From assembly GCA_040388785.1 (NCBI GenBank), contig JAZKBD010000011.1, forward strand, positions 16,401 to 80,400: a stretch of DNA of 64,000 bases. The letters are read 5' to 3'. This document shows, one piece after another, positions 37,570-45,681 of this stretch. Source of the stretch: Pseudomonadota bacterium (GTDB lineage: Bacteria; Pseudomonadota; Gammaproteobacteria; Xanthomonadales; Rhodanobacteraceae). The notes below the pieces were generated by a model that had not been told where the DNA came from, did not search any database, and saw only the letters and a list, made by a program, of their open reading frames with translations. A program made the translations under genes and the position numbers. The first letter of the stretch is position 1; each line of letters begins with the position of its first letter.

Positions 37570-38313
37570 ATGCGCGTGCGGCGGCCGAGCGCGTTCGCGG
37601 TGTTGCTGACCGTGTTCGGCGTCGCGGTGTTCTGCGCGCTGGGCGTGTGGCAACTGCGCCGCGCCGCGTACAAGGAAGCCGTGCTGGCGCATTTCCAGGA
37701 TGCCGCGCGTGCGCCGCTGGTCAGCCTGCCGGATACGCGCGCCGAGCACGACAAGGATGCGTATCCGCACGTCAAGGTCAGCGGAACACTGGAAGGCAAC
37801 CGCGTGTACCTGCTGGACGACCAGATGCGCGCGGGACGGCTGGGCGTGATGGTGTTCGTGCCGTTCAAACCGGCGGATTCCGCGCGCGTGCTGCTGGTGA
37901 ACTTGGGTTTCCTCGCCAGGATGGGAGCCGACACCACCACGTTGCCGGACATTCCGCCGATTCCGGCTCGCGCCGTCACGCTCACCGGCATCTACGCGCC
38001 GCCGCCGCTGCCGGGCCTGAAGCTGGGCGGCAATCCGCTGCCGGGCGAAAAGGCGTGGCCGAAGCTGATGACCTTCATCGATCTGCGCGCGATCGCCGCC
38101 GATCTCGGCGCCGCGGTTTATCCGCATGTATTGTTGACCGACCCCGACCCGCACAGCGCCTACATCCGCAGCTGGACGGCCAACGTGATGCCGCCCGCGC
38201 GGCATCTTGCGTACGCGCTGCAATGGTTTTGCTTCGCGGTCGCGGCGGTCGTGATGTTTTTCGTGCTGCATCGCGTGAAGCGCGATGACACCCTCGATAC
38301 CGGACAGGAATAG
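37570..38313 (+). CDS. SURF1-family cytochrome oxidase biogenesis protein
   Basis: MRVRRPSAFAVLLTVFGVAVFCALGVWQLRRAAYKEAVL (the TM-GxWQLxR signature), then ...HLAYALQWFCFAVAAVVMFFVL. Confidence 0.8.
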   Translation: MRVRRPSAFAVLLTVFGVAVFCALGVWQLRRAAYKEAVLAHFQDAARAPLVSLPDTRAEHDKDAYPHVKVSGTLEGNRVYLLDDQMRAGRLGVMVFVPFKPADSARVLLVNLGFLARMGADTTTLPDIPPIPARAVTLTGIYAPPPLPGLKLGGNPLPGEKAWPKLMTFIDLRAIAADLGAAVYPHVLLTDPDPHSAYIRSWTANVMPPARHLAYALQWFCFAVAAVVMFFVLHRVKRDDTLDTGQE

Positions 38314-38318
38314 ACACG

Positions 38319-38868
38319 ATGGATTTGCGCAATCGACGCCGCCTGCAGGCCGCGATCATCGTGGGCATCTTCGCGGCCTCCATGATCGGCGCGGCCGTGA
38401 TGATGATGTCCGGGTGGGCGCCGCCCACGCGCAGCTACGGCACGCAAATCCGGCCCGCGCGCAACCTCGCGCAGATGCCGATGCAATTGGCCGACGGCAA
38501 ACCGTTCGCGTTCCGCAACCGGCAAGCCGCATGGACGCTGGTCGCGTTGCCGGGCCCGGATTGCGCCGAACGCTGCCTGCGCGAACTCGACCTCGTGCAT
38601 CGCGTGCAGATCACGCTGGACAAGCAGGCCGACATGCTGCGGCTGGTGTACCTCGGCGCGGGTCGCGGCGGCTCGGGGCTTCGGCAAGGTCTGGACGCTC
38701 GCGACCACGCCGTCGCGGACGCTCGAGGATTTCCGCGCGAAGACGCCCGACAGCGTCAGCGCGGTGCTGGTCACGCCGAGCGGCAGGGCCATGTTGAGTT
38801 ATCCGGCGGGTTTCGATCCGATGCGCCTGCGGGCCGATCTCCTGAAAGCGGTGAAGGTGGCCTTGTGA
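38319..38868 (+). pseudogene. Conserved cox-cluster membrane protein with a CxxxC motif, apparently frameshifted (frame 0 up to ~38670, frame +1 to TGA 38866-38868)
   Basis: Frame 0 gives MDLRNRRRLQAAIIVGIFAASMIGAAVMMM...WTLVALPGPDCAERCLRELDLVHRVQITLDKQADMLRLVYLGAG, then degenerates into Arg/Gly junk with poor GC3 and reads through into cox15. Frame +1 from ~38677 gives protein-like FGKVWTLATTPSRTLEDFRAKTPDSVSAVLVTPSGRAMLSYPAGFDPMRLRADLLKAVKVAL* with high GC3. Its stop overlaps the cox15 ATG (TGATG). Confidence 0.5.
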
Positions 38869-40058
38869 TGCCGACGACGAATCTGCCGTTGCGCGTGCTC
38901 GCGTGGATCGCGTGCGCGCTGGCATTTTTCCTGATCATGTACGGCTCCTTCGTGCGCTTGTCCAACGCCGGCCTGTCGTGTCCCGACTGGCCGACCTGCT
39001 ACGGGCGCGTCACCTGGCCGGTCAAGCCGGCCGCCGTCGCGAAGGCGGACAAGGCGTTTCCGGATCGGCCCGTGGAAACGCACAAGACCTGGCGCGAGCA
39101 GACCCACCGCTTTGCCGCGGGCACGCTCGGCCTGCTGGTGCTGGCCGAGGCGCTGGTCGCGACGTTCGCGAGCCGGCGACGTTTCGGACTGGTGATCGCC
39201 GCGATCGTGCTGATCGGCATCGGCATACCGATGTACATGGCCCGGAACTACGTGACCGCCAGCGTGCTCGCGGCGATCGGCGAGGCGCTGCTGCTGGCCG
39301 TCGCGTTCCTGTGGCGAGGCTCCGGCTGGCGGCGCATCGCGGTGCTCGCCTTGGCCGTGGTGTGCTTCCAGGCGCTGCTCGGGATGTGGACGGTCACGTG
39401 GCTTTTGAAACCGATCGTGGTGACGGGACATCTCCTGGGCGGCATGGCGACGTTCGCGCTGCTGGCGTGGGTGGCGTGGCGCATTTCGATCCGCGAACAA
39501 GCCAATTGGCGCGTCGCACATCTGTTCGCGGCGGCGGTGATCGGCGTGGTGTTGCTGGCGTGCCAGATTTTCCTGGGCGGCTGGACCTCGTCGAACTACG
39601 CCGCGCTGGCCTGCGGCATCGGCGGCTCGGCGTTTCCGGGCTGTCTCGGCCAGGGGTGGCCGGCGATGGACTTCCACCAGGGCTTCATCCTGTGGCGCGG
39701 CATCGGCGTCGATTTCCAGGGCGGCATCTTGGATGCCGCCGCGCGCACCGCCATCCAGATGGTGCACCGCTTCGGCGCCGCGGTGGTGTTCGTTTACGTG
39801 CTGTGGCTGGCGCACAAGGCCGGCCGCGCGGGCCTGCGCGGGCATGCGATCGCGCTGGCGCTGCTGCTGCTCCTGCAGGTTGCGCTGGGCATCAGCAACG
39901 TGGTGCTGGGCCTGCCGCTGGCGATCGCGGTGGCGCACACCGGTGGCGCGGCGCTGCTTCTCTTCGCACTGGTGACGTTGCTTGCGCGTGCGCGAGGAAG
40001 CGAAGAACGCCTCGACACGCAACCGGCGTCGACGATCCCGGTTTCGGCGGCCCGGTAA
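38868..40058 (+). CDS. ctaA: Heme A synthase (COX15/CtaA)
   Basis: MPTTNLPLRVLAWIACALAFFLIMYGSFVRLSNAGLSCPDWPTCYG, with conserved His-containing helices (REQTHRFAAG, VTGHLLGG, MVHRFGAA, AVAHTGGAA). Confidence 0.85.
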   Translation: MPTTNLPLRVLAWIACALAFFLIMYGSFVRLSNAGLSCPDWPTCYGRVTWPVKPAAVAKADKAFPDRPVETHKTWREQTHRFAAGTLGLLVLAEALVATFASRRRFGLVIAAIVLIGIGIPMYMARNYVTASVLAAIGEALLLAVAFLWRGSGWRRIAVLALAVVCFQALLGMWTVTWLLKPIVVTGHLLGGMATFALLAWVAWRISIREQANWRVAHLFAAAVIGVVLLACQIFLGGWTSSNYAALACGIGGSAFPGCLGQGWPAMDFHQGFILWRGIGVDFQGGILDAAARTAIQMVHRFGAAVVFVYVLWLAHKAGRAGLRGHAIALALLLLLQVALGISNVVLGLPLAIAVAHTGGAALLLFALVTLLARARGSEERLDTQPASTIPVSAAR

Positions 40059-40067
40059 AATAGCTGG

Positions 40068-40988
40068 ATGTCCACGCTCGCCGGCCAATACCTCGCCGCC
40101 ACCAAGCCGCGCATCGTTGCGTTGCTGGTGTTCACCGCCGTCATCGGCATGCTGCTCGCCGCGCCCGGCGTGCCGCCGTGGCGCGCGCTGGTGTTCGGCA
40201 CGCTGGGCATCTGGATGGCGTCGTCGGCGGCCGCGGCGCTGAACCAGCTGATCGACCAGCGCATCGACCGGGTGATGGCGCGCACCGCGCACCGTCCGCT
40301 GGTCACCGGCACGCTCACCGCGCGCCAGGTGCTGGTGTTTGCGATGCTGCTCGGCATCGCATCGATGCTGATCCTCGGCCTGCTGGTGAACTGGCTCACC
40401 GCGCTGCTCACCTTCATCGGCCTGATCGGTTACGCGGTGATCTACACCGCGTTCCTGAAACGCGCGACGCCGCAAAACATCGTGATCGGTGGCCTGGCCG
40501 GCGCAATCCCGCCGCTCCTCGGCTGGGCCGCGGTGACCGGGATGCAGGGGTCCAGCGACTGGGCCTACGGCTTGCTGTTGGTGCTGATCGTGTTCGTATG
40601 GACGCCGCCGCATTTCTGGTCACTGGCGATCTTCCGGCGCGAGGATTACCGGCGCGCCTGCATCCCGATGTTGCCGGTGGTCTACGGCGTCGAATACACG
40701 CGCTGGCACGTGCTGTTCTACACGGTGCTGCTGGTGCTGGTGAGCCTGCTGCCGTACCTCACCGGCATGAGCGGACTGCTCTATCTCGGCGGCGCGGCGG
40801 TGCTGGGCCTCGCCTACCTCTATTATGCGATCCGCCTGATGCGGCCGCCGGACGAGCGCTTCGCGATGAGCGCGTTCGGCTACTCCATCGTCTATCTGAT
40901 CGCCCTGTTCAGTTTCCTGCTGGCCGACCATTGGCTGGCCGCGCCAGTGGTGCGGGTGGGCGGATACGTGTTGCAGCGAATCGGGTAA
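40068..40988 (+). CDS. cyoE: Protoheme IX farnesyltransferase (heme O synthase)
   Basis: [76 protein letters not shown]. Confidence 0.9.
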   Translation: MSTLAGQYLAATKPRIVALLVFTAVIGMLLAAPGVPPWRALVFGTLGIWMASSAAAALNQLIDQRIDRVMARTAHRPLVTGTLTARQVLVFAMLLGIASMLILGLLVNWLTALLTFIGLIGYAVIYTAFLKRATPQNIVIGGLAGAIPPLLGWAAVTGMQGSSDWAYGLLLVLIVFVWTPPHFWSLAIFRREDYRRACIPMLPVVYGVEYTRWHVLFYTVLLVLVSLLPYLTGMSGLLYLGGAAVLGLAYLYYAIRLMRPPDERFAMSAFGYSIVYLIALFSFLLADHWLAAPVVRVGGYVLQRIG

Positions 40989-41047
40989 GCTGGCGCGGCG
41001 CAGGCAGGGGAACTAGCGCGGGTGTTGGATCGGGAGCCAAGGCTCCC

Positions 41048-43255
41048 ATGCCGGGAGGCTGGCTGCGCTTGAACGTGGTCCTGCTGGTGGTGGCGATCGT
41101 CGCCGCGCTGATCAGCATCGCGCTGGCGGCGTGGGCGTTGCGCAAGCAGCGCCGCATCCTGAAAGAACTGACGGCGAGCCGCGAGCGTTACATGCTGCTC
41201 GCCGAATGCGCCAACGACGGCATCTGGGAGTTCGATGTCGCGGCGCGGCGTTTCGATTTCTCGCGGCGGTTGTACAAGCTGCTCGGTTACGCCGAAGGCA
41301 CGCTGACCACGCCCGAGGACCTGGAGCGCATCGTTTCGCCCGAGGATTATCCCGGCTCGCGCGATGCGATCTACGCGCACATGCAGGCGCACCGCACCGA
41401 GGAATTGCAGCGCGTCATGCGGATGCGCACCGGCGACGGCCGGGTGCTGACGGTGCTGGCGCGCAGCGTCGTTCAATATGCCGAAGATGGCACGCCGGTG
41501 CGGGTGCTGGGCTCGTACACGGACATCACCAAGCGCCTGCGCGACGAGCGCCAGTTGCAGATCGCGGCCAGCGTGTTCGATGCGGGCAGCGACGGCATCC
41601 TCATCAGCGACGCGCTGCAGCGGATCGTCTCGGTCAACAGCGCCTTCCTGCGCGTCACCGGCTACCAGCGCGACGAACTGACCGGGCGGCCGGTGCGCGA
41701 CATGCAGATTCCGTCGCCCGCGACCCGTGCCTGCGATCTCGCCTTGCGCGAGTCGGACAAGTGGAGCGGCGAAATCGCGTGGCGCCGCCGCAATGGCGAG
41801 GGCAAGGCGCTCGACAGTTCGGTGGTGGCGGTGCGCGATTCGTCCGGCGAGGTCGCGTTCCACATCCACGTCTGCATCGACACCGCCGAGTTGCGTTACG
41901 CGCAGGCGCGCATCCGGCATCTCGCATACTTCGATCCGCTGACCGGCTTGCCCAACCGCACCCACATGCGCGGCCAGTTCGCGCAGGCATTGGCCGTGGC
42001 GCGGCACGGTGCGCGGCCGCTGGCGGTGGTGTTTTTCGATCTCGACAACTTCAAGGAGATCAACGACACCGCCGGCCACAGCGTGGGCGACGACGTGATC
42101 TGCATGGTGGCGCAGCGCCTGAGCGAAGGCGTGCGCGAGGGCGACGTGCTGTGCCGCTTCGGCGGCGACGAGTTCCTGCTGCTGCTGCCCGACACCGATG
42201 CGGTCGCGGCCGAAGTCCTGACGCGGCGCCTGATCGAGCGGATCTGCCAGCCCGTCGACGTCGAAGGCCGCTTGCTGGACATCGCCGCCAGCGCGGGTTT
42301 CAGCATCTTCCCCGACGACGCGACCGATGCCGAGAACCTGGTGCGTGAGGCCGACACCGCGCTGTTCCGCGCCAAGGCGGAAGGCGGCAACATGGTGTTG
42401 CGGTTCCTGCCGTGGATGGGCGAAGCCGTGACCTGGCGGCACGACATGCAGGCCGCGTTGCGTGCCGCGATCGTGCGCCAGCAATTCGTGCTGCGCTACC
42501 AGCCGATCGTGGATGCGCGCGCGAATCGCATCCGCGGATTCGAGGCACTGCTGTACTGGAACCGGCCCGGCATGGGCGTGGTCGGGCCCAGTTCGTTCAT
42601 CGGGCTGGCCGAGGAATCGCGGCTGATCGAATCGATCGGCGCGTGGGTGGTCGATGAAGCCTGCCGGCAACTGGCCGCATGGAAGCATGCCGGCCTGCCG
42701 GCGTTCTACATCGGCATCAACGTTTCGGGCATGCAACTGCGCGTGGGCGGCGCCTTCCAGGCGGTGCTGGCCGAAGCGATGCGCAAGCACGGCATCGGCA
42801 ACGAAGAGCTGATGCTGGAAATCACCGAGCGGCATCTGGTGCAGGACGTGAAGGGCGGCCTGCCGCTGCTGGAAACGCTGACGGCCAGCGGGCTGCGGGT
42901 GTCCATCGACGACTTCGGCACCGGCTATTCCAACCTCGAATCGCTGAAGAACCTGACCGTCAACCAGATCAAGATCGACCGCGCCTTCGTGCGCAACCTG
43001 ATGACAGAGTCGGGCGATCGCGCGATCGTGCGCTCGATCATCGCGCTGGGCCGCAGCCTTGGCCTGCAGGTGGTCGCCGAGGGCGTGGAGACTGGCGAGC
43101 AGATGCAGATGCTGCGCGAATTCGGCTGCGACCTGCTGCAGGGCTTCCTGTACGCGCGACCGCTGGAGATCGACGCGGTGCCAGGATTCCTGATCGAACT
43201 CGCCGCCGGCAAGGCCGGCCGCAAGGCTGGCGAGCGCGGCCCGGTTGTGATGTGA
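41048..43255 (+). CDS. Membrane-anchored PAS-PAS-GGDEF-EAL c-di-GMP turnover protein
   Basis: One N-terminal TM helix. Two PAS-like regions (ANDGIWEFD...; VFDAGSDGILISD...RVTGYQRDELTGR). GGDEF domain: DPLTGLPNR, RFGGDEFLLLL. EAL domain: GFEALLYW, EITER, DDFGTGYS, KIDRAFV, EGVET, QGFLYARP. The upstream part of ORF 40178..43255 is out-of-frame overlap with cyoE. Confidence 0.9.
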   Translation: MPGGWLRLNVVLLVVAIVAALISIALAAWALRKQRRILKELTASRERYMLLAECANDGIWEFDVAARRFDFSRRLYKLLGYAEGTLTTPEDLERIVSPEDYPGSRDAIYAHMQAHRTEELQRVMRMRTGDGRVLTVLARSVVQYAEDGTPVRVLGSYTDITKRLRDERQLQIAASVFDAGSDGILISDALQRIVSVNSAFLRVTGYQRDELTGRPVRDMQIPSPATRACDLALRESDKWSGEIAWRRRNGEGKALDSSVVAVRDSSGEVAFHIHVCIDTAELRYAQARIRHLAYFDPLTGLPNRTHMRGQFAQALAVARHGARPLAVVFFDLDNFKEINDTAGHSVGDDVICMVAQRLSEGVREGDVLCRFGGDEFLLLLPDTDAVAAEVLTRRLIERICQPVDVEGRLLDIAASAGFSIFPDDATDAENLVREADTALFRAKAEGGNMVLRFLPWMGEAVTWRHDMQAALRAAIVRQQFVLRYQPIVDARANRIRGFEALLYWNRPGMGVVGPSSFIGLAEESRLIESIGAWVVDEACRQLAAWKHAGLPAFYIGINVSGMQLRVGGAFQAVLAEAMRKHGIGNEELMLEITERHLVQDVKGGLPLLETLTASGLRVSIDDFGTGYSNLESLKNLTVNQIKIDRAFVRNLMTESGDRAIVRSIIALGRSLGLQVVAEGVETGEQMQMLREFGCDLLQGFLYARPLEIDAVPGFLIELAAGKAGRKAGERGPVVM

Positions 43256-43296
43256 TGTGAGATTGCCGCATCGCGCCGTGCGGCAGTCGGTGTGCG

Positions 43297-44235
43297 ATGG
43301 ATGATGCCTTGAATCAGTTTCTCGACTTCCTGCGCTGGTGGATTCCCTGGGAACCCTCGGCCACCGCGGTCGTGGTGTTCGCGCTTGCGGCGTGGCTGTA
43401 CGGGCGCGGCGCGCGGCGCGCGCCGGCGAGCGCGCCGTGGCATCGCCAGCTGCTGTTCTGGCTGGGCCTGTTCATCATCTACTTCAGCCTGCACACGCAT
43501 CTCGACTATTACGCCGAACACGAATTTTTCGTGAATCGCCTGCAGCAATTCGGACTCCAGCACCTCGGACCGTTCCTGGTCGTGCTGGCGTATCCCGGCG
43601 CGACCTTGCGCAGCGGCTTGCCGTTGCGCTGGCGCGTGCGCGGGTTGCGACCGGTCGCGCGCAGCGCGCCGTGGCGCGCGCTGGCCGATTTCCTGCTCAA
43701 TCCGTGGATCGCGTCGTGCGTGTTCGTCGGCGTGATGCTGTTCTGGCTGTGGCCGTCGGTGCTGTTCTACGCGATGCTGGATTGGCGCCTGTACCGCGTG
43801 ATGAACTGGAGCATGATCGTGGCCGGGCTGCTGTACTGGTGGCTGATCCTAGACAGCCGTCCCAGGCCGCCCGCGCGGCTGGCGCCGGGCCTGCGCGTGC
43901 TGGTCGAAATGCTGGTGATGGTGCCGCTGATCCTGGCCGGTGCGTACATCACGTTCACCGGCAAGGACCTGTATCCGATCTACAGCCTGTGCGGACGCGC
44001 ATTCAACGGCATCACGCCGGCCACCGACCAGTACCTGGGCGGCCTGATCCTGTGGATCCCCGGCGCGATGATGAGCGTGCTGGCCGCGGCCATCGCGTTC
44101 GGCCACTGGCTGTCACTCGATTCGCGCGGGCGCCTGCCGTCGCGGAAGGCGTGCCGCGAAGCGTGGCGCGCGCGCGTGGTCGCGCGCACTCACGGTCCCG
44201 AGGCGTTCGCCGGCCGCACCGAAAAATCCACCTGA
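43297..44235 (+). CDS. Cytochrome c oxidase assembly factor, Caa3_CtaG/COG3336-like polytopic membrane protein
   Basis: Multi-TM protein with LQHLGPFLVVLAYPG and DQYLGGLILWIPGAMMSVL, resembling the conserved motifs of the family. Confidence 0.6.
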   Translation: MDDALNQFLDFLRWWIPWEPSATAVVVFALAAWLYGRGARRAPASAPWHRQLLFWLGLFIIYFSLHTHLDYYAEHEFFVNRLQQFGLQHLGPFLVVLAYPGATLRSGLPLRWRVRGLRPVARSAPWRALADFLLNPWIASCVFVGVMLFWLWPSVLFYAMLDWRLYRVMNWSMIVAGLLYWWLILDSRPRPPARLAPGLRVLVEMLVMVPLILAGAYITFTGKDLYPIYSLCGRAFNGITPATDQYLGGLILWIPGAMMSVLAAAIAFGHWLSLDSRGRLPSRKACREAWRARVVARTHGPEAFAGRTEKST

Positions 44236-44654
44236 AGCGTACTGCCGTCGGCGAAGCGCAGCGTCACGGGCACCTTGTCGCCCGGCTTCACCGGATGCTT
44301 CGCATGCATCAGCATCAGGTGATAGCCGCCCGGCGCGAGCTGCACGCTGCCGTGCGCGGGAATGTCGAGGTGATCGACCATCTCCATCGTGCTGTCGCCT
44401 TGTGCGAGGCGCGAGTGATGCAGCATCGCAGAGCCGTAGTCGGCGCTGCCGGCATCGGTGAGGCGCTGCACGTTGTCGCCGTCGTTCACGATCGTCGCAT
44501 AACCCGCCGCCGGCAGGTTCGCCGGCAGCCAGCGGATCCACGCGTGTTCGACGCGGATATTCGCGGGCGCCGAAGGCGCGGCGTTGACCGCCAAGGCCGC
44601 GAGCAAACTTGCGCAAGCGGCGACGCGAATCAGGTTGGTCATCGCACGGGTCAT
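44190..44654 (-). CDS. Periplasmic copper chaperone PCu(A)C (DUF461)
   Basis: A signal peptide is followed by IRVEHAWIRWLPANLPAAGYATIVN...MLHHS...MEMV...GGYHLMLMHAKHPVKPGDKVPVTLRF (H(M)x10Mx21HxM-type Cu(I) site region). Its ATG overlaps the SCO1 stop (ATGA). Confidence 0.8.
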   Translation of the reverse strand: MTRAMTNLIRVAACASLLAALAVNAAPSAPANIRVEHAWIRWLPANLPAAGYATIVNDGDNVQRLTDAGSADYGSAMLHHSRLAQGDSTMEMVDHLDIPAHGSVQLAPGGYHLMLMHAKHPVKPGDKVPVTLRFADGSTLQVDFSVRPANASGP

Positions 44655-45247
44655 TGATGCACCAGGATCCCGAGATCGTGCAGGATCTCGTCGTTGGAAG
44701 AACCCGGCGTCGCCAGCAGGCGCGCATGGCCTTCGCGGTCGAACACGTAGATCGCCGAGCTGTGCGTGACCTCGTAATCGCCGGCCTTGTCGTTCGGCGT
44801 CTCGGGCTTGTAGAACGCGCGATAGCGCTTGGCCAGTTGCGCGATCGCGTCGCGCGTGCCGGTCAATCCGACAATGCGCGGATCGAACGCGGTGACGTAC
44901 TGGTGCAGCACCGGCACCGTGTCGCGCGCAGGATCCACCGTCACGAACAGCACGCGCACGTCGTCCGCGGCCTTGCCCATTTTCATCAGCACCGTGTGCA
45001 GGTGCACCAGCGTCAGCGGGCACACGTCGGGGCAATTCGTGTAGCCGAAATACAGCAACACGACCTTGCCGCGATACGTCGCCGCGGTGACCGGCTGGCC
45101 CAGATCGTTGTTCATGCTGAATTCGAGGTCGGGCAGGTGGCCCTGCACGTCGTCGAGCTGCCATTGCGGGTGCGCGGCGCAACTTGCGAGCAGCGCGATG
45201 GCCAGCGCGGCGAACAGCCAACGGACGGGTGAACGGCGGAACGGCAT
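44651..45247 (-). CDS. SCO1/SenC-family copper-binding thioredoxin-fold protein
   Basis: A lipoprotein-like signal (LLASCAA), KVVLLYFGYTNCPDVCPLTL (CxxxC), and a conserved downstream His (EVTHSSAIYVFD). Confidence 0.85.
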   Translation of the reverse strand: MPFRRSPVRWLFAALAIALLASCAAHPQWQLDDVQGHLPDLEFSMNNDLGQPVTAATYRGKVVLLYFGYTNCPDVCPLTLVHLHTVLMKMGKAADDVRVLFVTVDPARDTVPVLHQYVTAFDPRIVGLTGTRDAIAQLAKRYRAFYKPETPNDKAGDYEVTHSSAIYVFDREGHARLLATPGSSNDEILHDLGILVHQ

Positions 45248-45293
45248 GGTGTGCCCGGACGAAACAATGCAACCGAAGATGATAGCGCGATGC

Positions 45294-45611
45294 TCAGCGG
45301 CTGCTTTCGAGCCGCTTGAGGAACACCTGCATTTCCCTCGCCGCCTGCACGTCGCCGCGCGCCTCGGCAGCGGCGATGCCGCGCCGCCACGCTTCGGCGG
45401 CGCCCTGCATGTCGCCGGCGCGCCGGCAAGCGTGCCCGAGTTGCTTCCAGGCCGCGGAATAGCCGTCGTTGAAGTCGAGCGCCGCGCGCAGGTGCGCGAT
45501 CGCTTCGGTCGTGTCACCCGCATCGAGCAACGCCGTGCCCAGCGAATAACGCAGCAGCGCGCCATCGCGGGGTCCGCCGAGTTGCGCCCTCAGGGAATCG
45601 ATACGCTTCAT
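45294..45611 (-). CDS. Small TPR-like protein (about 105 aa)
   Basis: MKRIDSLRAQLGG...LRYSLGTALLDAGDTTEAIAHLRAALDFNDGYSAAWKQLGHACRRAGDMQGAAEAWRRGI. Start at ATG 45611. Confidence 0.5.
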   Translation of the reverse strand: MKRIDSLRAQLGGPRDGALLRYSLGTALLDAGDTTEAIAHLRAALDFNDGYSAAWKQLGHACRRAGDMQGAAEAWRRGIAAAEARGDVQAAREMQVFLKRLESSR

Positions 45612-45681
45612 GTGATGGCCGAGGTGGACTCCACGAAATTCGTGCGCTTCAGGTGTGCCAGTTGGCCAACCGAAGCAGCGA

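Noticed and set aside
38319-40058. Reading the 579-aa ORF as a genuine fusion of an N-terminal CxxxC domain to COX15.
   Set aside because: The ~60 codons linking the two parts have poor third-position GC and junk composition. An alternative frame gives a clean C-terminus whose stop overlaps the internal cox15 ATG. A frameshift or indel explains the data better; see the corresponding finding.
40178-43255. 1025-aa ORF suggesting a much longer GGDEF-EAL protein.
   Set aside because: The first ~290 codons overlap cyoE out of frame and are Arg/Ala/Gly-rich. The TM helix and PAS domains begin at ATG 41048.
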